A stretch of 64,000 bases of DNA from the human T2T-CHM13v2.0 reference genome, Homo sapiens. Position 1 is the first letter of the stretch. The number at the start of each line of letters is the position of its first letter. Made by a program: the position numbers and the translations under genes. This document shows positions 29,048 to 40,460 of the stretch, one piece after another. The stretch lies in NCBI RefSeq assembly GCF_009914755.1, contig NC_060939.1; one strand, written 5' to 3'. The notes under the pieces were generated by a model. That model was not told the DNA's origin. It was given only the letters and a program-made list of their open reading frames with translations, and searched no databases.

Positions 29048-29675
29048 TGAAACTGAGGAGTTAATCTGTTTGGATCTGCCAAACTTAACCTGCCTTGCTT
29101 GATTTTGGTTGCCTGCTTTTTGCTACTTTGTTTTGGTAACCCATATAGCTATGCTGCTAAACACTGTAACTTAGCCTTCACTGGCTTCCTTGTAGATAAC
29201 ACCTTTACTATATATGTCATCATGATAACAACTGCTTAAGTTGTTTTTCAGGAATTTGGAGCAGCTCTTGTCCAATTGAAAGCAGTTGAGATCACTGACC
29301 ATTTAACTGGGCCTATGCAAATATCTGAGAGGTAGCCTTTTGATGTCAGAGGGCCAAAAACTCTACCCTCAGATTATGCTAACACTATCATTTTCAAAAC
29401 ATGTGTCCTGTGAACAGCCATGAACCCCAACTATGCTTGTGCAGATCACCAATTGCTTCATTATTATTGCTGGTCACCTTTCCCAAGCCTTAGGCCATCT
29501 CATTTCTCTAACCTATAGACATCCGTAAGCCTTATCTTTGATGAGGTAGATTTGAGAGCTGTTTTCCTGCCTCCTTGAGGGGCCGCCCTGTGAATAAATC
29601 TTTTCTCTTTTGCACAACCCATCATCACAATGATTGGCTTACTGTGTATGGGCAGAGCAAATCTGGTTGGTATCA
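29048..29675 (+). mobile_element. ERV1 MER4-group solo LTR (LTR29/LTR48/LTR49-like)
   Basis: TG...CA termini, exact 4-bp TSD CATT, TTTTGATGTCAGAGGGCCAAAAACTC core, AATAAA near 3' end. Confidence 0.85.
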
Positions 29676-30639
29676 CATTCTTTGCTGGCTTTTGGGATAG
29701 TGCAATGCTTAACTAGTAAGTGTCTACATAGATTCGAGTGCCTCTAGAAAGTTAAAATTTAGTTCTAAAACTAATTCCAATTAAGAGATTAACAACAATA
29801 TGTTTTTTTTTAAAGTAATGCGAAAAAATAGATTCAAATGCTGGGTCTCAGATGGAGGAAGGAAATCTTCATTTTGGCCCATAGAAATAGAGGTACAGGA
29901 AGATTTCAATGAAATCCCAAATATCTGTTTTTATTAGTATTCTCCCTTTGGTTTGTATTGTCTCCAAGGCATCAGAAGATTTTTATTGTTTGGCACTACA
30001 AGATGTATGCTTTTGCATTTTCCTCTTCCCTCGTCTAAGCCTGGAAATCCTTTATCTTTATTACAGACAGCCGGTGTTATACAGATATGCCTTTTAGAGG
30101 GATTGTCATGTGTAATCTATACCTGGAGCAAATTCTAGGACACTTGTGTCAGTGATTGAAGATTTTAAAAAAATGAATGTAAAAACAAAGCAATGCACAT
30201 GATCACAATTTTGTGCTTAGTGTGCCACGTATGCTTTGCCTGAGTATTCTTATAATTGGAAATCATATTAGTTTTCTGCAAAATCCAGAGTATGGCCTCG
30301 GGGTGACCAGTGCACCATGTCCGTTATGATATACTTCGGTTATTCCAGCCTATCTGTGAATCTGTTGGTTGCAGGAAAGAAGTAAATTCTTCCAGACTTT
30401 GGGACCAGAGTTCAATGAGAAGTGACAACACTAGCAGGCTGTTCTTATTCTCCTTCTTTCTCTTTGCCTAGGGCTTAGGAGCTGTTGGCTGCAATAGTCA
30501 TTCCTGGGGTGCCTAAAAAGGATGACGATGGATCTCTTACCGATAATTCAAAAAAATAAAAGAGATGTGATTTTATTTGTTCCCAGAAGTAGTAAAATGA
30601 TTGATATTCATTCTAAGTATTTTGCAATTCCTGGAATTA

Positions 30640-31440
30640 TTTTTTAACATTATTTTGAAACAATTTAAAAATATTTTATTAGATAACAAGTAAATACTTG
30701 CTCTCATCAAAAAATTAAATAATATAAAATAAATGAAGTTCTATCTTTATTTCCTTATTTTCCTTCCCTCACAGTTGAGTGGATACTTTGAGGACCCTCT
30801 TTTTCACTTAGTGGCTGTGTGATCTTGAACAAGTTACTCTATCTCTGTGCTTCATTTTTCTTATCTGCAAAACAATGATAAAAATAGCAGCTTCCTTGTG
30901 GGGTCTTTGTAAGGATTGAAGGAGGGAATTCATATAAAGTACTGAGAACAGCCCGGGGTTATCATAACTCTTAAATGCCAATTATTATCAATGTTCTTAT
31001 CATTTCACACTTGTCTTACATTTTTCATAAATGGGATCATCTATATAAAATATTGTTATTTATTTGTGTTTCATGATAATTTCTTTCCTAGAGATATTTT
31101 TATTTCTGTATTTGTTTCTTTGTAACAGTTGAATAATAGTCCATAATGTGAGTATATAGTGTGATCCAAAGCACACTGTTATTTGTAGAGACTTGGATGG
31201 CTTCCAGGTTTTGGATGTTACAAATAATGCTGCAATTATCATCTTTGTATATTTATTCTTATGCACTTATTTGTGAGAATAATTCATATTTCTAGATGTA
31301 GAACTTCCAGGTCCAAGGATATATGCATTTTCAATTTTCTTAGTTATTACTAAATTTCCCTCCCCAAAAGTTACATCAACTTGTACTCAGCCCACCAGCC
31401 GTGAGTGACAATTCCTTTTCTTTTGCTTCATCGTCGTTTA
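30640..31440 (-). mobile_element. Old L1ME/MC 3' region with a MIR inside
   Basis: AATAATGCTGCAATTATCATCTTTGTATAT..TAGAACTTCCAGGTCCAAGG. Confidence 0.7.
30795..30990 (+). mobile_element. MIR
   Basis: CACTTAGTGGCTGTGTGATCTTGAACAAGTTACT..CTTATCTGCAAAA. Confidence 0.85.
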
Positions 31441-31455
31441 AATTTTCCTTCTTCT

Positions 31456-32278
31456 CAACATCACGATCATTAGAGAAATGCAAACCAAAACCACAATGAG
31501 ACACCATTTCACACCAGTCAGAATAGCAATTATTAAAAAGTGAAGAAACAACAGATGCTTGCGAGGTCATGGAGAAAAAGGAACGAACGCTTTTACACTG
31601 TTGGTGGGAATGTAAAGTTCAACTATTGAGGAAGACAGTGTGGCAATTCCTGAAAGATCTAGAACCAGAAATACCATTTGACCCAGCAATCCCAGCAATT
31701 CCTTTGGATATATATTACTGCATATATACCCAAAGGAATATAAATCATTCTATTATAAAAATACATGCATGCATATGTTTATTGCAGCACTATTTACAAT
31801 AGCAAAGGCATGGAACCAACCCAAATGCCCATCAATGATAGACTGGATAAAGAAAATGTGGTACATATACACCGTGGAATACTATGCAGCCATAAAAAGG
31901 AATGAGATAATGTCCTTTGCAAGGACATAGATAGAGCTGGAAGTCATTATCCTCAGCAAACTAACACAAGAACAGAGAACCGAGCACTGCATGTTCTCAC
32001 TTATAAGTGGGAGCTAAACAATGAGAACGCATGGACCAAGGAGGGGAAAAAATACACACTGGGGTCTGTTGTGGGGAGCAGGGGTGGAGGGCATAAGGAT
32101 AAATAGTTAATGCATGTGGGGCTTAATACCTAGGTGATGGGTTGATAGGTGTAGCAAGCCACCATGGCAGATGTTTACCTATGTAACAAACCTACATGTC
32201 CTGCACATGTATCCCAGAACTTAAAATAAAATTTTAAAAATCCCAATTGCAACCTTTGCAATAATAATAATAATAATA
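31456..32278 (+). mobile_element. 5'-truncated L1PA13-15-like element
   Basis: ORF2 C-terminal region plus 3' UTR; degenerate TSD TAAATT(T/G)TCCTT..TTCT. Confidence 0.92.
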
Positions 32279-34764
32279 AATTGTCCTTTTCTTTTTTCCC
32301 TAAGGTCTAGGGAAATTTCTCAGTCTTTCACTTTTTTTCTAATATCCCCTAACAGTTTTTAAGCAATTAATGAAATACAAGTCAAATCTATTTCTTAAAC
32401 TAGAGTAGAACTATAGTATTACTGTCGTTCAGAACTTTTCCTAAATAAAACTTGAACGATTGGTTTCACAGCTTTGCAGGACATAGGGGAGGTGGTTGAT
32501 GTTTGAATTTTACTGTTATTTTTTTGTTTTGTTTGTTGTTTATGTCTTGAGAAGCTTGTGGTTATAAGCATAAACTTAGAATGTATAATTTGGATGTGGG
32601 ATATTGGAATTAAAATCTAAATTGTCCCGAATAAGTTTTATTAAAAGAAGTATGGCCTATCAAGAGAAGTTATCTCTTCAGTTCAGCAAGCAGCTTCATG
32701 CAGAAGTAGAATACAAGACATGTGGGCTACAACTGAAGCCTGGGTGAGCCAGTTGCCTTTTGCTTACCTGGGATTTATTGAGTGAATGTTCCATTATCTC
32801 ACAGGGATCATCTCTACCAGGTTGGCCTCCTTCATGGACCGTAGTCTTGGTGAACAAGGCTCATAACCTTTGGCTAATGCATAGAGCTCCAGTGATATCC
32901 CTGATGCATAGGGTAGGAGAGTTTAGCTCAACATATTACTCAACACATGTGGCTCAAACTATAGTCCAATATATAAAACAATTAAAAACAAAAAACTGGT
33001 GAGCTCCAAGATAAGATGATGGAATAAACCTAAATTAAGTAAAAGACTCTCTTAACACTTAATAATAAAACAAATGTGAATTTGTTCCAATAAGAAATCC
33101 ACCAACAGTAAGCAGGCGGAAGAGAGAGAGAGACATGGTCGATTTAAAGTCATGAATGTGCCAAAATGATGATCAAATAAAGGAACATAAGATCCTTGTT
33201 TGGAGTTGTAGCGCAGGTTATCTCCTAATCCCATCTTCACCCTTTGAACAATGGTTGGAGTCATTTTATTTTAAATTGCATATTTCAATTTTAGTTGATG
33301 TGGATCGACTCCCTGCAATGAAAGATGTGGTCACTATCATTCTCACAGGCCCACCGATCTTCCAGTCTTCGTCTTTCCATTTTGTTACATCACTGATTTT
33401 ATCCATCTAACTGTACACATAGAAAGACTCCGACATACTGCCTTTTAAAACAGTAGTTTTTCTTCTAAAATAATACACTCAAGAAGATCCTATTTCTTGG
33501 GGGTATTTTGAGGCTTTATGGACAGTGTGGTTCACATTCCCATGATGCAAGCTTAATATGTCTAAGGATCTGTCTCCAACTCTTAACGCAACGATTCTGA
33601 CTTCAATGATTTCTTATGCCTCCTGACTTCAGATAAAGATCTTAAACAATTCCTGAAGGGGTTCTTTGCATTAGAATACTATAAAACTTAGGTGAGGATG
33701 ACAGCACCCTTATTATAGACTGAACTATATACACAGTTTATTGGAAGAGTTAATTACAGCATACATTTCAACAATTACAGACTACAAATAACATAAGATA
33801 CATTTCTGGTATTAACTCTCAACTCATTGTCCCTAGGGAGCTGGCAAATTCCTGATCCAGATGTGGCTGAGATAAATGTTTTTGTTCTGGCCCAGACTAA
33901 GTCCTGTCCTTCTGCACTCCTTTTAATTTTGCATTATTTCTGGAATGCCTTTTGTTTCCCTAAAATTCATTTTCCTATTGTCATTGAAATGGTCACTTTT
34001 GGCATTTCAAAACAAACAAACAAGTAAACAAAAATGACTTAGCTTCTCTGCTGTCAGTAGCCCAAGATTTATCCTCATAAAGTGCAGACCCATCACAAAC
34101 TGCTTATTTCTGGGCATCCCATTTTTCAGCCAGACACTTCAGTGACTTCTGCAAACCCTAGGGTTTGCTTTGTGCACACTTCAAAATAAATGCTAGATAC
34201 CTATTTAACATAGACAGGCCTCCTCTACCTGGGCTATGTCTTTGCTCTGATCTGTGTGCTCTTTAATTCGTACTTTATCTCCCTCTGAGCTGTGTTCTGG
34301 TGGCAGCAGGGATTTTATGTGGCTGTAAAACCACTCTGTCTTTTGTGAGAAGACAACAGATTCTGGGTAGAGTTCAATGTGATTCTGGGTAGAGCTCTGT
34401 GTGGAAGTAAATTATTTTATTATACTACCAGTGTCTCTCTTTTCTATGCATTTCCCTGGTTTTAGTACATCATGGTTTCACTTTGGCTTTTTCCAGTTAA
34501 CCTTCCCCCATCAGCACTCTCAAAGTCTGCCTGAATGTTTAAAGAACCTGAAACAAAGACAGTTGGGGGTTGATCACGTAGCCTTAGGCCAAAGATATTT
34601 TACAATGCTATTCTGTAAGGAATTTTTGGCCACAGTTTCAGATCATTATTTATAATCCCCAAAAGATGACCCCGCCACTTTCTAATCTTACCAGATATAC
34701 TGGACACTCGTATGTTAAATTCAGGTCAGAGTCTGTGTGGGAGGGAGAAGAAAAGGAAGCTCAG

Positions 34765-34970
34765 ATTTATTGAATTCTAATGTGCCAAGACAGACTTATT
34801 TCTTTCATTTAATTTTCTTAACAAATAAGCAGATATTATTCTCATTCTTCTACTAGAGAAACTGAGGCCAGAAGAGTTTACATAACTTGTTTAAGGTCAC
34901 CATGCAATAATTAATGGAATTGTCCAAGTCTGTCTGATTCCAAAGCCTATACGTTTCACACTAAACATAA
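34765..34970 (-). mobile_element. MIR
   Basis: GAGAAACTGAGGCCAGAAGAGTTTACATAACTTGTTTAAGGTCAC..TCTGTCTGATTCCAAAGCC. Confidence 0.8.
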
Positions 34971-37086
34971 TGCACTTACCAGGACTATAAATGTGAAAGG
35001 GGCTGGGGGCCAATTTTTAAAGGACTTCTAAATGTTTGTAACATTCTTTATTTCAAACAGCCCAAGGTTGCTTTTTAAGGCTGATGCCCCTGCTACGTAG
35101 GTAGGGTTAGTTAAGACAAGTCAGGGTCTGAGCACCACAAGGAAATTCTTACCAAGATCCCAGAGGTATCCAGGAATCCACGTGGTACTTATTAGGAAAA
35201 TTTTGCAAATGAATCGCTTTGAGGATTTTAGTAGAGGAAGTCAGTCTGGGAGACCCTCCTGCTCCATATGGGCTGCATTTCACTCAATGGGGTTTTTGTT
35301 GCAGCACAGCTCTGGAAGGAGGTCAGGCGGTGGTCAGCAGAGGAAACCACCGCTGAGAAGGCTGGGCCCTGAGCTGTCATTCCCCCACTTTGCTTTGGAC
35401 AAGGTACAAGAAATCCTTTATGGGCTGGTGCGATGAAAACTGATGGAAGCCAGCTTTGTTCTATTTTTGTAATATATTTCGGGTTGAGTTAATTCTATGG
35501 AAAAAAATAGTCAGTGGGGTTGTGTGTTTATATAGGCCCTTCATCCCGCTGCTCTGTGCCAAGTTCCACGAGTCTGCAAGGAAGTGAAGCCAGACGTGCT
35601 CAGCGTCCTGGGTCCTCACCCCAGTGACCTCTTAATCTCTCCAAGTTTACCCAGCTCTCTCGCAGCAGCATTTGCATGGAAATTGATCTCTCAGCTTCTG
35701 GCTTTTGGCAGGAGGACACTTCCTTCATAAGGAAAAGTGTTTAATACCAATTTAATGGTCTCTCTAGCCACTGTACGCCCTTAGCCCACCCTCCTCCCTC
35801 AGTGCCCACTGGCACAGAGCATGGAAATCTAACTTTTAATCACCCCTTTAAAAACACCCTGAAACTTTCTTTCAGTATGTCCACTGCTTTTCTAATGAGG
35901 GTTCGCACCAACTTCCTTTTCATCCTGCAAAGAGTAACTGCTACTATAAATTAAAATGATGTCCTTAATAATCCATATTATTTTTTAGCATCTCCTATTC
36001 TCGTTAAACATAAATGCAGACAGGGAGGAGGAAGGAGATGGCTTTTTTTTCTTTAATACACAGGAACCAAAGCAAGTGGAAATAATTTTGTTGGTAACTC
36101 TGATAAAATGATGCCTCCTGTTTGAGTTTAAATAATAAAATAAATAAAGGCCAAGATGAGGGAAAAGAGTATTGTACAGTGAACATTTTCTGAACTTGAA
36201 GAATCAGATAGACACTAAATTAAACATTTGAGCAAATCATGGTAGTAGTTTGTCAGAGTCTCCTTAAACAACACATGTATACATAGTGGAAAATGATTAA
36301 GAATGACAAGAATGCGGGAGGAGTCTTACTATAAATACAATAAGTCAGTCATAAAATAATTGTGATGTGGCTCATCAATTTTATGATTTATCCCTGGCCA
36401 ATTTTTGCTTTTGTTGAGTTGTTGCTTTGTCCTTATTTTTCAGTATCATTATTGTTTAAACTGTTCAATTTTTAAATTCATTTAATTGTAGTCAAAATAG
36501 CTATGTTCTAGCCCTGACTGCCAACAATCCACTAGAAAACGCTGGAAGAACCACTGACTATTTCTGGTTCTCCAAGGATTCTTTTATTCTCTAAGTCATT
36601 TGTGATTCTATTAAACCCAATATTCCCCCATTAAATTAAACGTCCTGAAAAGAACCGCCTTACCCCTGATAAACTGAGCTACTCATTCTTACCAGTTGGA
36701 GTCTTAGTTTTACATTTTCATATACTGCACAAACACCATTTCAACAGCAATAAAAGAAGAGAAAAAATATAAGAAAATTTCCCCTAAGCACTCATCATAA
36801 TACATCACCCTTTTCCATGTCAGGGAATTTCTTCACCATATTTTCACATACATGCACATAACTTTTACATAGTTTTAGTTTCAACAAAAGTTTTTTGCCT
36901 TTCACTTAATATTCTATTCTAAACATTTTCTGCGTTGTTGGAAAATGCATTCATTCAACAATATCTCCTATATGCACTTCTAAAAAAGCCAACTTGTATG
37001 AAAAATCATAATAACCGTTCTAAAGGCTACGTAATATCTGTATAATATACCATTGAGAAACATCATTTATTGAAGCATATTCTTTT

Positions 37087-37384
37087 TTTATGTACTTATT
37101 TTTTTAGATAGGGTCTCATTCTATCACCCAGGCTGGAGTGCAGTGGTGCAATCATGGCTCACTGTAGCCTCCACCCCCAGGGCTCAAGCAATTCTCCTGC
37201 CTAAGCCTCCTGAGTAGCTGGGACTGCAGACACACCACCACGCCTGGCTAATTTTTTAATTTTTTTGTGGAGACGGGTTTCACCGTGTTCCCCAGGCTAG
37301 TCTTGAACTCTTGGGCTCAAGCAATCATCCAGCTGAGGCCTCCCAAAGTGCTGGGATTAAAGGTGTGAGCCATTGCAACTGGCC
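37087..37384 (-). mobile_element. AluJ within old L1ME
   Basis: ATCATGGCTCACTGTAGCC, GGGCTCAAGCAAT; TSD AGCATATTCTTTT / AACATATGCTTTT. Confidence 0.93.
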
Positions 37385-37854
37385 AACATATGCTTTTATT
37401 CGGTTTTAGGTTTTCAGTTTTCTGTATTACAAATCAAGCAGTAATGCAGGTCTTCTTGCATCGATCTCTTCTCATATTGACAGCTCCCCATTCCCACATC
37501 CTCCTTGGGATAAATTTTCATGAGTATTATTACTCTCTCTGAGGAATCTCTAGTTATAGCAGTACTTTAAGCTGGTGAGAATTCCAGCTTACCTGTTTAC
37601 TAGTCCTTGATAGTACCTGTTGCAATGATAAAGTGTGATTGAATATGAAAGCATACAATCTGATAACTAGGATGTAGTAGACCCTGATTAGAATTTGATT
37701 TTGCTTTATTAAAAAATTACATTTCAAAACTCATAGACATTTGTACTGCTACTGGTAATATGTAAGAGTATGAAATGCCACCAAAATCTCACAAATTTTT
37801 TTATATATTTTGAAAATTGACAAGGCATCAATTGGTGCTTTGCATTGTGATTTT

Positions 37855-39325
37855 TTTGTATTTTTAATTGAAATATAATTAATACATGAAAATGCAAAAA
37901 TCAGAAGTGTACAGCCTGATGAATTTTTATAAAGTGAACACACCCATGAAATGATATAATACTATCATATTATCAGCATCCCAGGAGTCTCTTTCTCCCT
38001 TTTCCTGTCATTATCTCTTACCCAAAGATAACCAATATTCTAACATCTATCACTATATATTAATTTTGTCAGTTTTTGAAATTTTTATGAATGGCATCAT
38101 ACAGAATGTATTTTTTTCTGGATTAGATATGATTATGTTCATGAAATCCATGTGGCATATAGCATTTGACTGATTGATTCCAGAATATACATATATCACA
38201 TCTTACTTATCCATTATACTATTAATAAGCATTAAGTAGTTTCCAGCTTTTGGCTCTTACATGTAATGCTGCTATGAACATTTTCATATATGTCTTTCTT
38301 TGGCTTTATACAGAACATAAATTTATGTTGGGTCTATTCCTAGGAGTGGAATTTCTGGGTCATACAGAATGCAATTGTTCAGCCTAAATAGCAATTGCCA
38401 AACAGTTTTCCAAATGGTTGCAATTTATATTCCCACCAGACGTATGAGAATTCCAGTTGTTCCACATCATCACCAACACTAAGGAGTTTCTACCTTTTTC
38501 ATTACAGACATTCTGGTGTTAATAGCCATTCTAACAAATGTGCAGTGGTATCTCATAGTGGTTTTAATTTGAATTTCCCTGATGTCTATTGATGATGAGC
38601 ATTTTTTCATGTGCTTATTGGCCATTCTAATATCTTCCTGTGTGAAGTGTCCGTTCAAGACTTTTAGCTACTTTTTTCCTTCTTTTTGTATTGCCTTTCC
38701 TTTTCTTATTAATTTGTGCATGTCCATCATATTTTGGATGCAAGTCCTTTTGAAATATATGTACTACAAATGTCTTGTTGCAATCAAACTTATCTTTTTA
38801 CTTTCTTGATGTTTTATAATACACAGAAGTTCTTAATTTAATGTAGTTTAATTTATCATTATTTTCCTTTATAGATAGCCTTTTTGTGTCCTATTCAAGA
38901 AATCTTTGCCTTTCAGTGTCATCTGATTAAAATAATTATTGGTCTTTTTACAATTCATCTGGATTTAATTATTGTGAAGGAAAGCAGGATCAAGTTCCAA
39001 TGTTTTTTTGTATGGATGCCTGATCAAATAAGCAATCTTTATTGAGCACCAACTAAGTAACATTGTGTCATCTTTGTCATAAAGCAAGTGATCATATAAG
39101 TATTTTACCTGTTTCTGCACTTTCTAATCTAGTTCATTGGTCTATTAACTATGTTTGTCTCAACTCCACACACTTATATACTACTCCTTATTACTGTAGT
39201 GTATAAGTCCTCATATATGGTAGTTTATATTTTCTAATTTTGTTACTCTTTTTAAAGATTAATGATTCATAGTCATTTGCAATTCTATATACATTTTAAT
39301 AATCCATTTTTAATTTCTACACAAA
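37855..39325 (-). mobile_element. L1ME (L1ME1-3-like) 3' UTR/ORF2, left part
   Basis: TTTTAATTGAAATATAATT..GTGTACAGCCTGATGAATTTT; GTGGTATCTCATAGTGGTTTTAATTTG. Confidence 0.85.
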
Positions 39326-39326
39326 G

Positions 39327-40460
39327 TGGCTCCAGTTCCAAGATGGTGGGCATAGAAGCAAACTTGCTTCACTCCCCCGACAGAAAACACAAAACAAATA
39401 CACAGCACTAGGATTATCACCAGCAATATCCCAGAACTCAAATAGGAAGGTCAGAGAGTTCCCAGGGATACAGAGGAGTGAAAAACTCTGAACAGATGGT
39501 AAGAGAATTGGACCTCCATATCTGCAATTCCACTCCCCACAATTTGCCTACAGCAAGCACATGGAAAATTTACTCCACTCTCATGGTTTCTACCCTGAAA
39601 AAAAGCAAGATTAAGGTAGACTATCAGCACCCCCACTGTCTTGGGTTCCCTAGCAGAAGACCTGTCACTGCCTCAACCCACAGGAAGCAGTATCTGAAGG
39701 GAGAAATATCCCTAAGGCAGCCACAGACAAAGTGGGGAGGTGGTACTAACATCCCCAGCCCTGGAAACTCTGCTCTGTAACTTGGCCAAAGGAGTTGTCA
39801 GATCAGAATAGCTGTTCAGCAGCTCCAGGCTGTAGGAGGTATGTTCCACAGTTCCCTTGTGCATGAACCCCTAGCCAGCTTTCCCATACTGGGATATGCT
39901 CTTTGAAACCTCCCTCATTTGCGACACGTAGTGTTATAAGTTTTTATTAGAGCAGAGGCAAACCTGGGCTTAAGTTACTATTTAGTGCCAAAAAGGAGGT
40001 GGTGACCTAGCAGGAAAAAGAAAAAAAGAAATTTAACAGGTAAATTACAAAGAATAAGCAAATATGTCCAATAAAAAACAAAACAAGCTAGGTAGAGAAG
40101 ACTGGAATTAAAAAACGAATGCTTCAATGTATAGGCATAGAAATACATCCACAAGAAACAACAGCAAACAGAACCATGTCCTCCCTAAATCGACAAAATA
40201 AGGAACCAGTGACTGTCCCTAATGAGATGGTAATATATGAGCTCTCTGGCCAAGAATTCAAAATACCAGTTTTAAGGAAACTCGGTAATCTCCAAGATAA
40301 TGCAGAAAAGCAATTTAGAAATTTGTCAAAAAAATTAACAAGAGATTGAAATAATTTTAAAAAATCAAACAGAAGTCATGGAACTCACAGATTGATTTGC
40401 TGAACTAAAACATTTATTACAGGCTCTTAACAACTGAGAGAATCAAGCAGAGAAAAGAAT
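39327..40460 (+). mobile_element. L1MA4/5-like element: 5' UTR and start of ORF1
   Basis: CCAAGATGG start motif; ORF 40119-40349 reads L1 ORF1-like (ELSGQEFKIPVLRKLGNLQDNAEKQF). Confidence 0.8.

Noticed and set aside
33340-33420. Minus-strand exon-like stretch (MDKISDVTKWKDEDWKI)
   Set aside because: Not recognised as any protein; too short to support.
34359-34400. Short direct duplication GATTCTGGGTAGAG (period 22), and similar ones near 23470, 23685 and 41850
   Set aside because: Ordinary slippage duplications with no further structure.
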